From the NCBI GenBank assembly GCA_963850915.1, contig CAWKND010000005.1, positions 559,621 to 623,620 on the forward strand: 64,000 bases of DNA, given 5' to 3'. This stretch comes from an uncultured Actinomycetota bacterium (GTDB taxonomy: Bacteria; Actinomycetota; Actinomycetes; Mycobacteriales; Micromonosporaceae). Made by a program: the position numbers and the translations under genes. Position 1 is the stretch's first letter. Every line of letters starts with the position of its first letter. The notes below the pieces were generated by a model. That model did no database searches. It was given only the letters and a program-made list of their open reading frames with translations, and was not told the DNA's origin. Below, piece after piece: positions 35,515 to 45,169 of this stretch.

Positions 35515-37670
35515 ATGTTTGCAGCTGTAGGCCGGTTTGTGGTTCGGCACCCGATCTGGGTGATCGCGACCTGGGTCGTGATCGCCGTCGTGGTGATCGG
35601 CTTCGCACCGAAGCTGACCTCGACCACCGACGAGGCGTCCTTCCTGCCCAGCCACTACGAGTCGATCCAGGCGATCGAGCTGCAGCAGAAGGCTTTCCCG
35701 CAGGCGGCGACGCCGGCCGCGATCATCGTGGTGGAGCGGCAGGACGGTGCCCCGCTCACCGGGGCCGACTCGGCCAAGGTCACCCAGATCGGGCAGGCGT
35801 TGTCGGACAAGCACATCGACAACGTGACCGCGATCCAGGTCGCGCCGGCGTCGGCGAACAAGCTGATCCAGATCGTCGCGGTACAGATGCCGGCACCGAA
35901 GAGCGCCAGTGACCTGTCGCAGTCGGACGCGGTCAAGGTGCTCCGTACCGACCTGCAGGACCAGCTCGGCGGTACCGACCTGAAGGCCGGCATCACCGGT
36001 ACCGCCGCGCAGCAACTGGACTCGCAGGAGTCGGGGAACCGGGCCAACGCCATCATCGGTATCGCCACTGTCGGGCTGATCCTGGTACTGCTGCTGATCA
36101 TCTTCCGCAGCCCGATCATCGCCTTCCTGCCGATCATCACCATCGGTGTGGTCGCCGAGATCGCCACCGGGCTGATCGCCTGGGCCAGCAAGGCGTTCAA
36201 CCTCAAGACGGACAGCTCGGTGAGCGCCATGCTGATCGTCGTGCTGTTCGGTGTCGGTACCGACTACATCCTGTTCCTGATGTTCCGCTACCGGGAACGG
36301 CTGCGCGCCGGCGAGGATCCGAAGACCGCGATGATCAGCGCGGTGACCCGGGTCGGTGAGGCGATCGCCTCGGCGGCCGGCGCGGTCATCATCGCCTTCC
36401 TGGCGCTCACCCTCTCGACCCTGGGGCTGTTCCGCGCGCTCGGGCCGGCGCTGGCCATCGCGGTGGCGACCACGCTGCTGGCCGGTCTGACGCTCATCCC
36501 GGCGGTCGTTTCCCTGCTGGGTACGAAGGTCTTCTGGCCCTCGAAGGCGTGGAAGAAGGAGCCGACCGGCGCCCGGTTCGCCGCGATCGGCCGGTCGCTG
36601 GGGCGGCGCCCCGGCCTGTACGCCGGCGTCTCCGGTGGCCTGCTGCTGGTACTGGCCGTGTTCGCGCTGGGCTTCCACCCCAACTTCGACCTCAGTGGCG
36701 GCTCCACCGCGAAGGCGGCCGAGTCGACCGTGTGGAGCAACGAGCTGCTCAAGGGGCTGCCGGCCGGGGCGACCGAGCCCTCGGAGGTCTACCTGCGCTC
36801 CAACAACGGCGCCCCGCTCGCCGCCGACCAGTTGACCAGCTACCGCAGCACGCTGGCGGCGGTACCCGGGGTCGGCCAGGTCGCCGAGCCGGTGCTGTCG
36901 GCCGAAAGACGGTCGCCGACTTCCAGGTGACGCTCGCCAGCAACCCGCAGTCGCGTACCGCACTGGACACCGTCCGGGGACCGCTGCGCAGTACCGCGCA
37001 CGGGTCGGCGCCGGCCGGTACGACGGCGTACGTCGGTGGTATCACAGCGGTCTTCGTGGACATCCAGGCCGCGGTGAACCACGACTACGCGGTGGTGTTC
37101 CCGGTCGCCGCGATCCTCATCATGATCATTCTCGGGCTGCTGCTGCGCAGCCTGGTGGCGCCGTGGTACCTCATGCTCTCGGTCGGGCTCGGCTTCGTCG
37201 CCACCCTCGGCGCGACCGTGTTGATCTTCCAGCACATCAAGGGCGAGCCGGGACTGATCTTCATCCTGCCGGTGATCATGTACCTGTTCGTGGTCGCCCT
37301 GGGTACCGACTACAACATCCTGGTGATCGCCCGACTGCGCGAGGAGGCCAGGGAGGGGCGCAGTCCGCGCGAAGCCGCGGCGATGGCGGTCCGCTACGCG
37401 GGCCCGACCGTGGCCGCCGCCGGGCTGATCCTCGCCGGTACCTTCGCCTCGCTCATGCTCGCCGGGAACAGCACGCTGACCCAGATGGGCTTCGCGATCT
37501 CCGGCGGCATCGTGATCGTCGCGTTCGTGATGGCCATGTTCCTCACCCCCGCGCTCACCGCGCTGATCGGCCACGCAGCCTGGTGGCCAGGGCACGGCGA
37601 CAGCGCTGACGGCGCGACCCACGCGACGACCGAGGAGTCCCGGGTACCGGATCCGGCCGCCGCTCACTGA
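35515..37670 (+). pseudogene. MMPL-family (RND-type) membrane transporter with one frame break
   Basis: ATG 35515 opens MFAAVGRFVVRHPIWVIATWVVIAVVV. The typical GVGTDYILFL and ALGTDYNILV motifs fall in two halves. The frame changes at about 36905 (GCCGAAAGACG), from the ORF 35368 frame to the ORF 36549 frame. Confidence 0.7.
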
Positions 37671-37692
37671 CCCACGGGGACAGTCGCGACCA

Positions 37693-37724
37693 CGCCCCGC
37701 AGCGCCGTACCGCGCTGCGGGGCG
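37693..37724 (+). terminator. Intrinsic terminator-like hairpin after the MMPL gene
   Basis: CGCCCCGCAGCG-ccgtaccg-CGCTGCGGGGCG forms a perfect 12-bp stem followed by TTGTCGTGT. Confidence 0.6.
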
Positions 37725-37750
37725 TTGTCGTGTCTGGAGCCGGCCGTGGC

Positions 37751-37765
37751 TGTGAGCGTTCACGG
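37751..37765. promoter_or_regulatory. LacI-type operator O1 (TGTGAGCGTTCACGG)
   Basis: Near-palindrome around a central CG. It is the reverse complement of the site at 41934-41949. Confidence 0.55.
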
Positions 37766-37836
37766 TCTACGCGTCAACTACGGACAGAGGTCCGTTGAAT
37801 ACTGTTCCTTGACAGAGTATTTGGCTGATCGCGAGA

Positions 37837-37852
37837 CTGGGAGCGCTCACAG
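37837..37852. promoter_or_regulatory. LacI-type operator O2 (CTGGGAGCGCTCACAG) overlapping the GH53 promoter
   Basis: It follows TTGACA (37809-14) and GAGACT (37833-38). It resembles the TGGGAGCGCTCCCA-type boxes of actinomycete LacI/CebR-like repressors. Confidence 0.6.
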
Positions 37853-37968
37853 CAACCCACACACCAGATCGCTCCCCATCCATTTGCCCGCGCGCCGCCG
37901 GCCCGGGGCTGGGCTATGGTGCATCGACGCTTGTATGTGGGAGCAACTCCACACCCCGAGGAGTACCC

Positions 37969-39093
37969 ATGCTCCGAACCAAGTTCCGCCCCCGGCTCGC
38001 CGTGCTCGCCAGCGCGGTCCTGCTGGGTACCGTGGCGGTCGTCACCGCCGCCACCCCGGCATCCGCCGCCAACACCCTCACCATGCGCGGCGCCGACATC
38101 TCGTCCCTGCAGCGCAGCCTCGACCTGGGCGCCAAGTACTACAACGCATCCGGTGTCGCGGCCGACCCGCTGGACATCCTGAAAGGCATGGGCGTCAACT
38201 ACGTACGCCTACGCGTGTGGAACAACCCGGCCAGCGGCTACAACAACATGACCAAGGTGCTGGCGTACGCGAAAACGGTGAAGGCCAAGGGTTTGAGCCT
38301 GATGGTCGACTTCCACTACTCGGACACCTGGGCCGACCCGGGCAAGCAGTACAAGCCGGCGGCCTGGGCCAGCCACGGCATCGCGGCCCTGCAGACCGAC
38401 GTCTACAACTACACCTACTCGGTCTGCAACGCGTTGAAGGCACAGGGAACCACGCCAGACAGCGTGCAGATCGGCAACGAGATCAACGTCGGCATGCTGT
38501 GGAACGACGGCAAGGTGGTCAACAACGACTTCACCAACCTGAGCCTGCTGCTGAAGTCCGGCTACAACGCGACCAAGGCGTGCAACAGCGGTACCAAGGT
38601 GATCATCCACACCGCCGACGCGGACAGCGACGCCAACGCCCGCTGGTTCTACGACGGCATCACCGCCAAGGGCGTCACCTGGGACATCACCGGCCTGTCG
38701 TACTACTGCATGTGGCACGGCTCGCTGTCCAACCTGTCCAGCGTCATCACCGACACCAAGTCCCGGTACGGCAAGCCGGTGGTGATCGCGGAGACGGCGT
38801 ACCCGTTCACCGCCGCCAACGCCGACAGCACCGCCAACTCGGTGAGCGGCTCGGCGCCCTGCTCGGGGTACCCGGCGACGTGGACCGGGCAGGCCAGTGA
38901 GTTCACCGCGGTACAGAACACGGCGCGCAGTGCCGGCGCGCTCGGCGTCTTCTACTGGGAGCCGACCTGGTACGCGATCAGCGGCAACGGCTGGGACCCG
39001 GCGAACATCAACGGTACCGGCGACCAGTGGGACAACATGGCGGTCTTCGACTGGACCGGCCACGTCAACCCGAACGTGGTCTGGAAGGCCTAG
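37969..39093 (+). CDS. ganB: Secreted arabinogalactan endo-beta-1,4-galactanase (GH53)
   Basis: Signal peptide ending ASAAN. GH53 text GADISSLQ and GVNYVRLRVW, the acid/base context VQIGNEIN, and the nucleophile context VVIAETAYP. Confidence 0.9.
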   Translation: MLRTKFRPRLAVLASAVLLGTVAVVTAATPASAANTLTMRGADISSLQRSLDLGAKYYNASGVAADPLDILKGMGVNYVRLRVWNNPASGYNNMTKVLAYAKTVKAKGLSLMVDFHYSDTWADPGKQYKPAAWASHGIAALQTDVYNYTYSVCNALKAQGTTPDSVQIGNEINVGMLWNDGKVVNNDFTNLSLLLKSGYNATKACNSGTKVIIHTADADSDANARWFYDGITAKGVTWDITGLSYYCMWHGSLSNLSSVITDTKSRYGKPVVIAETAYPFTAANADSTANSVSGSAPCSGYPATWTGQASEFTAVQNTARSAGALGVFYWEPTWYAISGNGWDPANINGTGDQWDNMAVFDWTGHVNPNVVWKA

Positions 39094-39842
39094 CCGACAC
39101 TGCGACCGCCCGGGCCGCTCCGCTGCGGGGCGCCCGGGCGGCGCTGCGGGACAAGGAAATCCGCCGCCTCCGGCGCTGCCAGCGGGGCGACCGGCGTACC
39201 CGGGTCGGCGGCCGGACCGGCGAGGATGACCCGGCGCAGCGCCCGGCCGAGCAGTACCCGGTTGGTGTCGGCGGCGAGCGGATCGTCGGTCAGGTACCCG
39301 GCGCCCGTGCTGAAGCCGCGTACCTCCACGAAGGCGATGTCGAGGTTGAGCCGCAGCAGCGTACCGATGGCGACCGGGCCGGCGTGGCTGCCGCCGGGGG
39401 TGCGTACCCCGCCCACCACGACGACCACGGTTCCGTTGCCGCGCAGGGCATCCGCGACCGCTGGCGCGGGTGTCACGACAGTCAGCCCGGCCACCTGCCG
39501 CAGCAGGCTGGCCAGCCGCACCGCGGTCGGGCCGGCCGAGATGCCCACCGCCATGCCGGGTACCACCATCGCGGCGGCCGCCTCGGGCAGACCGTGTGCC
39601 CGGGGTACCAGAAGCTGTTCGGCACTGACTGCCGGCTGCTCGACGAGCGCCGGTGCGGGCGGCTGGATCGCCAGTGCCCCACCGTGTACCCGGGCCAGCA
39701 TGCCCCGCTCGGTGAGCTCGGACAGGTCCCGCCGGATGGTCGGGATGGAGACGGCGAACCGGCGGCTCAACTCCCGTACCCGCACCGCGCCGCACTGCCG
39801 GGCGTCGGCCAGGATCTGCGATCGGCGCAGCGCCGGCAGCAC
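39090..39842 (-). CDS. DeoR-family transcriptional regulator
   Basis: N-terminal HTH text RRSQILADARQCGAVRVRELSRRFAVSIPTIRRDLSEL plus a sugar-phosphate-isomerase-like C-domain. It lies immediately downstream of GH42. Confidence 0.85.
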   Translation of the reverse strand: MLPALRRSQILADARQCGAVRVRELSRRFAVSIPTIRRDLSELTERGMLARVHGGALAIQPPAPALVEQPAVSAEQLLVPRAHGLPEAAAAMVVPGMAVGISAGPTAVRLASLLRQVAGLTVVTPAPAVADALRGNGTVVVVVGGVRTPGGSHAGPVAIGTLLRLNLDIAFVEVRGFSTGAGYLTDDPLAADTNRVLLGRALRRVILAGPAADPGTPVAPLAAPEAADFLVPQRRPGAPQRSGPGGRSVG

Positions 39843-39843
39843 G

Positions 39844-41820
39844 TCAGTGCCCTTCGAGAACGGTCACCGCGCCGCCCGGGACGGTGACGCCCTCGACTTC
39901 GACGGGGTCCTCGCCGTGGTTGACGGCGATCAGGTACGGCGGCCGGCGCACGATCTCCACGCTGTCCGGCAGGTCGGGGCGGGGCGGCAGGCCGGCGTCC
40001 GCGTACACCCGACCCAGCAGCGAATCCAGGTCCACAGTGGAGAGTCGGGTGGAGACGTACCAGGCGCTGCCCCGGCCACTGGCGTGCCGGGTGACCGCGG
40101 GTCCACCGGCGGCCGGCCCGTCCGCGTAGGTCAGCACCGTCTGCGCGCCGGTCAGCTTGACGTCCTCGGTCCACACGTCGGCGGCGGTACCGTCGGAGAG
40201 GCGTACCCGCTCGCCGGCGCGCAGTGGCAGGAACTCCTCAACCGCCACCCCGAGTACGTCGCGCAGCGCCCCCGGGTACGGGCCGGCCGGTACCGTGTCG
40301 TTGGCGTCCACGATGCCGGAGAAGTACGAGACGAGCAGCGTGCCGCCGTTCTCCACGTACCCGCTGAGGTTCTTCGCCCCGGCCGCACTGGTGACGTAGA
40401 GGCTGGGCGCCAGCACCAGCGGGTACCGGCCGAGATCCCCTTCGGGGTGCACGAAGTCGACGGTGAGGTGCGCCCGCCACAGCCGTTCGTAGTAGGCCTC
40501 GATACGCTCCCGGAACGCCAGATCGGCAGAGGGCCGCCAATCCAGCTCCAGCGCCCACCAGGACTCCCAGTCCCAGACAACGGCCACGTCGGCGGCGACC
40601 CGGGTACCGCGCAGCCCGTCGAGCCGGCCCAGCCGGGCACCGAGTTCGCTGACCTCACGCCAGACCCGGGTACCGGTACCGCCCTGCGGCAGCATCGCCG
40701 AGTGGAACTTCTCGGCCCCGAACCGGGATGCGCGCCACTGGAAGAAGAGCACGCCGTCGGCGCCCCGGGCGACGTGCGCCATGCTGTTGCGCGCCAACTC
40801 GCCGGGGCGCTTGGCGATGTTGCGCGGGCGCCAGTTGACGGCGCTGGTCGAGTGCTCCATCAACAGCCACGGCGCGCCGCCGGCCAGCGACCGGGTCAGG
40901 TCGGCGCACATGGCCAGCTCGATGTGGCTGTCGGTGCGTTCGGGCTCGAGGTAGTGGTCGTTGGAGACGATGTCCACCTCGCTGCCCCACTTCCAGTAAT
41001 CCAGCCACTTGCAGTTGGCGATCTGGAAGTTGGTGGTGATCGGTACGCCGGGGGAGACGGCGCGCAGGGCGTCCCGCTCGCGGCGGAAGTTGGCCAGGTG
41101 CGTGTCCGAGCAGAAGCGCAGGTAATCCAGTTGCTGGGCCGGGTTGATCGCGGTCGGCGCCAGCCGGGGCGGGTCGATCTCCGACCAGTCGCCGTAGCAC
41201 TGGCCCCAGAAGGTGGTACCCCAGGCGGCGTTGAGCGTGTCCAGGTCGGTGTGGCGGGTGCGCAGCCAGTCGCGGAACCGGGCGGCGCAGGTGTCGCAGT
41301 AGCAGTGCGCGTTCACCCCGGCGAACTCGTTGTGCACGTGCCAGAGCGCGAGTGCCGGGTGGTCGGCGTAGCGCCGGCCGAGCTGGTCGGCGATGGCCGC
41401 GGCGGCGCGCGCGTACTCGGGTGAGTTGGGGCAGAAGCTCTGCCGGCCGCCCTGGCCGAGGATGTGCCCGGCGTGGTCGACCAGGCGTGCGGCGGGGTAC
41501 CGGCGGGCAAACCACGCGGGCGGCGCGGCGGTGGGGGTACCGAGGTCGACCCGGATCCCGGCGCTGTGCAGCAGGTCGAGTACCCGGTCCAGCCAGTCGA
41601 AGGTGTACTGCCCCTCGGCCGGCTCGAGCAGTACCCAGCTGAACATGCCGAGGCTGACCAGGTTGACCCCGGCGGCGCGCATCAACTCGACGTCTTCGGC
41701 CCACACCTCCTCGGGCCACTGCTCCGGTGCGTAGTCGCCGCCGTAGGCGATCTTCGCCAGTCCGCGGGGGTACGGCCAGCCCGGCTGGACTGGCGTTTCG
41801 GACTGCTGAACCTGCTCCAT
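39844..41820 (-). CDS. ganA: Beta-galactosidase (GH42)
   Basis: Text GGDYAPEQWPEEVW..LVSLGMFSWVLLEP, the acid/base context WHVHNEF, and the nucleophile context WLLMEHSTSAVNW. Length is 658 aa. Confidence 0.9.
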   Translation of the reverse strand: MEQVQQSETPVQPGWPYPRGLAKIAYGGDYAPEQWPEEVWAEDVELMRAAGVNLVSLGMFSWVLLEPAEGQYTFDWLDRVLDLLHSAGIRVDLGTPTAAPPAWFARRYPAARLVDHAGHILGQGGRQSFCPNSPEYARAAAAIADQLGRRYADHPALALWHVHNEFAGVNAHCYCDTCAARFRDWLRTRHTDLDTLNAAWGTTFWGQCYGDWSEIDPPRLAPTAINPAQQLDYLRFCSDTHLANFRRERDALRAVSPGVPITTNFQIANCKWLDYWKWGSEVDIVSNDHYLEPERTDSHIELAMCADLTRSLAGGAPWLLMEHSTSAVNWRPRNIAKRPGELARNSMAHVARGADGVLFFQWRASRFGAEKFHSAMLPQGGTGTRVWREVSELGARLGRLDGLRGTRVAADVAVVWDWESWWALELDWRPSADLAFRERIEAYYERLWRAHLTVDFVHPEGDLGRYPLVLAPSLYVTSAAGAKNLSGYVENGGTLLVSYFSGIVDANDTVPAGPYPGALRDVLGVAVEEFLPLRAGERVRLSDGTAADVWTEDVKLTGAQTVLTYADGPAAGGPAVTRHASGRGSAWYVSTRLSTVDLDSLLGRVYADAGLPPRPDLPDSVEIVRRPPYLIAVNHGEDPVEVEGVTVPGGAVTVLEGH

Positions 41821-41833
41821 TTAGCACCCCTGA

Positions 41834-41849
41834 CCGTGAACGCTCCCAG
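41834..41849. promoter_or_regulatory. LacI-type operator O3 (CCGTGAACGCTCCCAG)
   Basis: Lies 14 nt upstream of the GH42 start and is the reverse complement of the O2-type sequence. Confidence 0.6.
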
Positions 41850-41933
41850 TCTGCTCGGAGCAGTATTGCACGTGTCCCAGAGGCTGATTAACGCCCTCGT
41901 AACCTATTGACACCGGCCAGACTCGGCTCAACA

Positions 41934-41949
41934 CTGTGAACGCTCACGG
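41934..41949. promoter_or_regulatory. LacI-type operator O4 (CTGTGAACGCTCACGG)
   Basis: Lies exactly 100 nt from O3, just downstream of TTGACA (41907-12), ahead of the SBP gene. Confidence 0.6.
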
Positions 41950-41993
41950 TCTTGAACGGTAATAGCACGGGCGTCATTGAGGTTGGAGAGCAG

Positions 41994-43292
41994 ATGAAGC
42001 TGAACCCGCGCACCCTACTCGTGGCAGTTACTGTCGGTACGCTTCTGGTGACCACGGCTGCCTGCAGTTCCAGCAAAACCAACACCCCTACCGACTCCAA
42101 AGTGGAGCTCACCTTCTGGTCCTGGGTCCCCGGCATCGACAAGGTCGTGGACGTCTGGAACGCCGGCCACCCGAACATCCACGTGACGGTGAGCAAGCAG
42201 GCACAGGGCGACGAGGAGGTCACCAAGGTCCTCACCGCTGACAAGGCGGGCAACGCCCCGGACCTCTTCCAGGCCGAGTACCAGGCGCTGCCGACCCTGG
42301 TCAGCAACGGCGCCGCGGCCGACATCAAGAAGTACGCCGGCAGTGCCCAGTCGGCGTTCGCGCCGGGCGTCTGGAGCACCGTCACGCTCGGTACCGACGC
42401 GGTCTACGCCATCCCGCAGGACTCCGGCCCGATGATGCTGTACTACCGCGCCGACATCTTCACTGCTCTCGGCCTGAAGGTACCGACCACCTGGGACGAG
42501 TTCGCGCAGGTCGCCAAGCAGGTCCGGCAGAAGGACCCGAAGCGCTACCTGACCACCTTCTCGGCCGGTGACCCGGGCTGGTTCGCCGGCCTCGCCCAGC
42601 AGGCCGGTGCCCAGTGGTTCGGGGTCAAGGGCGACACCTGGTCGGTCAACGTGAACGACGCGGCCACCAAGAAGGTCGCCGACTTCTGGGGCGGCATGGT
42701 CGCCGCCGGCGACATCGACAGCCAGCCGATGTACACCCCCGAGTGGAACAAGGCGCTCAACGACGGCACCCTGATCGCCTGGCCCAGCGCGGTCTGGGGA
42801 CCCGGCGTACTCTCCGGCAACGCTCCCGACACGGCGGGCAAGTGGGCCATCGCCGAACTGCCGCAGTGGACCGCCGGTGAGCACAAGACCGGCAGCTGGG
42901 GTGGTTCGTCCACCGCGGTGGCCGCCAAGTCCAAGCACATCGCGCAGGCCGTGCAGTTCGCCATCTGGCTCAACACGGACTCCGCCGCGGTCAGCGGACT
43001 GATCACCAACGGCGGCATCTACCCGGCCGCCACCGCCGCGCAGACCGGGGGTGCGCTGGCCGGCCCGCCGGCGTTCTTCAGCAACCAGCCCGAGTTCTAC
43101 ACGCTGGCCCAGCAGTTCGCCGGTACCGCCGCGGGGGTCACCTGGGGGCCGAACGTGAACGTCACCTACGCCACGTACAAGGACGCCTTCGGTAAGGCGA
43201 TCACCGCCAAGAGCCCGTTCTCGGCGGCGGTCGACCAGATGCAGCAGGCGACCGTCTCCGACCTGCAGAAGAACGGCTTCAAGGTCGGCTAA
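41994..43292 (+). CDS. Sugar ABC transporter substrate-binding lipoprotein (CUT1 family)
   Basis: ATG 41994 follows GGAGAG. Lipobox LLVTTAAC, followed by a family-1 SBP body. Confidence 0.85.
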   Translation: MKLNPRTLLVAVTVGTLLVTTAACSSSKTNTPTDSKVELTFWSWVPGIDKVVDVWNAGHPNIHVTVSKQAQGDEEVTKVLTADKAGNAPDLFQAEYQALPTLVSNGAAADIKKYAGSAQSAFAPGVWSTVTLGTDAVYAIPQDSGPMMLYYRADIFTALGLKVPTTWDEFAQVAKQVRQKDPKRYLTTFSAGDPGWFAGLAQQAGAQWFGVKGDTWSVNVNDAATKKVADFWGGMVAAGDIDSQPMYTPEWNKALNDGTLIAWPSAVWGPGVLSGNAPDTAGKWAIAELPQWTAGEHKTGSWGGSSTAVAAKSKHIAQAVQFAIWLNTDSAAVSGLITNGGIYPAATAAQTGGALAGPPAFFSNQPEFYTLAQQFAGTAAGVTWGPNVNVTYATYKDAFGKAITAKSPFSAAVDQMQQATVSDLQKNGFKVG

Positions 43293-44272
43293 TGGCCACC
43301 GAGTCGACACACCCCGCACTACCGAACCGGTCGGGCCGCGCCAGCGCGGCCCGACCGGCCGGGGGGCACGCCACCGCGGCCCGGGCCCGGGTGCCGTACG
43401 CCTTCCTCGCCCCGGCCATCGCCTTCTTCGTGATCTTCATGGTGGTACCCATCGGGTACACGATCTACCTCAGCCTGCACCGGGTGAAGGTGAACGGGCT
43501 GGGCCTGGGCAGCGCCGCCCGTACCCAGATCTACGTCGGGTTCGCCAACTACCGCGCGGTACTCGCCGACTCGGAGTTCTGGCACAGCGCGGTGCGCGTG
43601 CTGCTCTACGGCTGCCTGCTGGTACCCACCATGCTCGGGCTGGCGCTGCTGTTCGCGCTCCTGCTCGACCTGCCCCGGGCCCGGCTGCGGCGCTTCTCCC
43701 GGGTGGCGATCTTCCTGCCGTACGCCGTACCGGCGGTGATCGCGAGCCTGATGTGGGGCTTCATGTACCTGCCCTCGGTCGGCCCCGGCCAGTACCTGCT
43801 GACCGCCCTCGGGGCCCAGCCGGTGAACCTGCTCGGCACCACCACCATCTACTTCTCCGTCGCCAACATCGCACTGTGGGGCGGTACCGGCTTCAACATG
43901 ATCGTGCTGTACACGGCCCTGCGCGCGATCCCCAGCGAGCTGTACGAGTCGGCCCGCATCGACGGCGCCTCGGAGTCACAGATCGCCTGGCGGATCAAGA
44001 TTCCGATGCTGACCCCGGCGCTGATCATGACGGCGGTCTTCTCGCTCATCGCGACGCTACAGGTGTTCAGCGAGCCGACCACGCTGCGGCCGTTGACCAA
44101 CTCCCTCCCGTCGAACTGGACCCCGCTGATGAAGATCTACCAGGACGCGTTCGTCCGCGACGACATCTACTCGGCAGCGGCCGCCTCGGTCGTGGTGGCG
44201 GTGGCCACCCTGCTGCTGTCCTTCAGCTTCCTGCGGCTGGTCCAGTCGCGCGCCTTCGGGCAGGAGCGGTGA
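43292..44272 (+). CDS. Sugar ABC transporter permease (MalF/LacF-like)
   Basis: Multi-TM protein with the EAA-loop context YESARIDGASESQIAWRI. Confidence 0.85.
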   Translation: MATESTHPALPNRSGRASAARPAGGHATAARARVPYAFLAPAIAFFVIFMVVPIGYTIYLSLHRVKVNGLGLGSAARTQIYVGFANYRAVLADSEFWHSAVRVLLYGCLLVPTMLGLALLFALLLDLPRARLRRFSRVAIFLPYAVPAVIASLMWGFMYLPSVGPGQYLLTALGAQPVNLLGTTTIYFSVANIALWGGTGFNMIVLYTALRAIPSELYESARIDGASESQIAWRIKIPMLTPALIMTAVFSLIATLQVFSEPTTLRPLTNSLPSNWTPLMKIYQDAFVRDDIYSAAAASVVVAVATLLLSFSFLRLVQSRAFGQER

Positions 44273-45165
44273 CCACCACCGCGGTACGCCGGGCCGTGCA
44301 CGCCGACCCGGTGACCGCTTCCCGCCGGGAGGACGGCCGCCGGCCGGCGCTGGTACCCACCGCCGTGCTGCTCCTCGGGGCGCTGTACTGCCTGCTGCCG
44401 ATCGTCTGGGTGGTCGCCGCCGCCAGCAAGACCAACGGGCAGCTGTTCCACAGCTTCACCCTGGCGCCGGGTACCGCCCTGCTGGACAACGTCCGGGACC
44501 TGTCGGACTACCACTCCGGCCTGTACTGGCGGTGGATCCTCAACACCGCCGTCTACGCCGGGGTCGGCGCGCTGCTGTCGGCCACGCTCTCCGGTGTCAC
44601 CGGCTACACGCTGGCCAAGTACCGGTTCCCGGGCCGGGCGACGATCTTCAACGTGCTGCTCGCGGGGGTACTCGTGCCGACCATCGTGCTGGCCATCCCG
44701 CAGTACCTGCTGCTGGCCAAGTTCCACCTCACCGACACCTACCTGTCGGTACTGCTGCCCAGCGTGCTCAGCCCGTACGGCATCTACCTGGCGCGCATCT
44801 ACGCCGCGGCAGCCGTCCCCGACTCACTGATCGAGGCGGCCCGTACCGACGGCGCCGGGGACCTGCGCATCTTCCGCAGCATCGCGGTGCCGTCGATGAT
44901 GCCGGGGCTGGTCACCGTGTTCCTGTTCCAGTTCGTGGCGATCTGGAACAACTTCCTGCTGCCGTACATCATGCTCAGCTCAGACGACCACTTCCCGGTC
45001 ACCGTGGGCCTCTACACGCTGCTGAAGCAGGGCAACACCACACCGGCCCTGTACACGTTGGTGATCACCGGGTCGCTGCTGTCGATCCTGCCACTGGTCG
45101 CGCTGTTCCTGACTCTGCAGCGGTACTGGCGAATCGATCTTCTATCCGGCGCGGTCAAGGGCTGA
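44269..45165 (+). CDS. Sugar ABC transporter permease (MalG/LacG-like)
   Basis: GTG 44269 overlaps the upstream stop. The EAA-loop context is IEAARTDGAGDLRIFRSI. Confidence 0.85.
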   Translation: MTTTAVRRAVHADPVTASRREDGRRPALVPTAVLLLGALYCLLPIVWVVAAASKTNGQLFHSFTLAPGTALLDNVRDLSDYHSGLYWRWILNTAVYAGVGALLSATLSGVTGYTLAKYRFPGRATIFNVLLAGVLVPTIVLAIPQYLLLAKFHLTDTYLSVLLPSVLSPYGIYLARIYAAAAVPDSLIEAARTDGAGDLRIFRSIAVPSMMPGLVTVFLFQFVAIWNNFLLPYIMLSSDDHFPVTVGLYTLLKQGNTTPALYTLVITGSLLSILPLVALFLTLQRYWRIDLLSGAVKG

Positions 45166-45169
45166 CCTG

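Noticed and set aside
33080-35608. An 842-aa minus-strand ORF spanning three plus-strand genes.
   Set aside because: Only its last 169 codons in another listing (34843-35352) make a sensible membrane protein. The rest is low-complexity sequence antisense to the VOC-deaminase and LLM genes.
34843-36963. A 706-aa ORF suggesting a very large protein ending in the EXPERA-like domain.
   Set aside because: The upstream 540 aa are Arg/Asp/Gly-rich nonsense antisense to the MMPL gene. An internal ATG at 35352 gives a compact four-TM protein.
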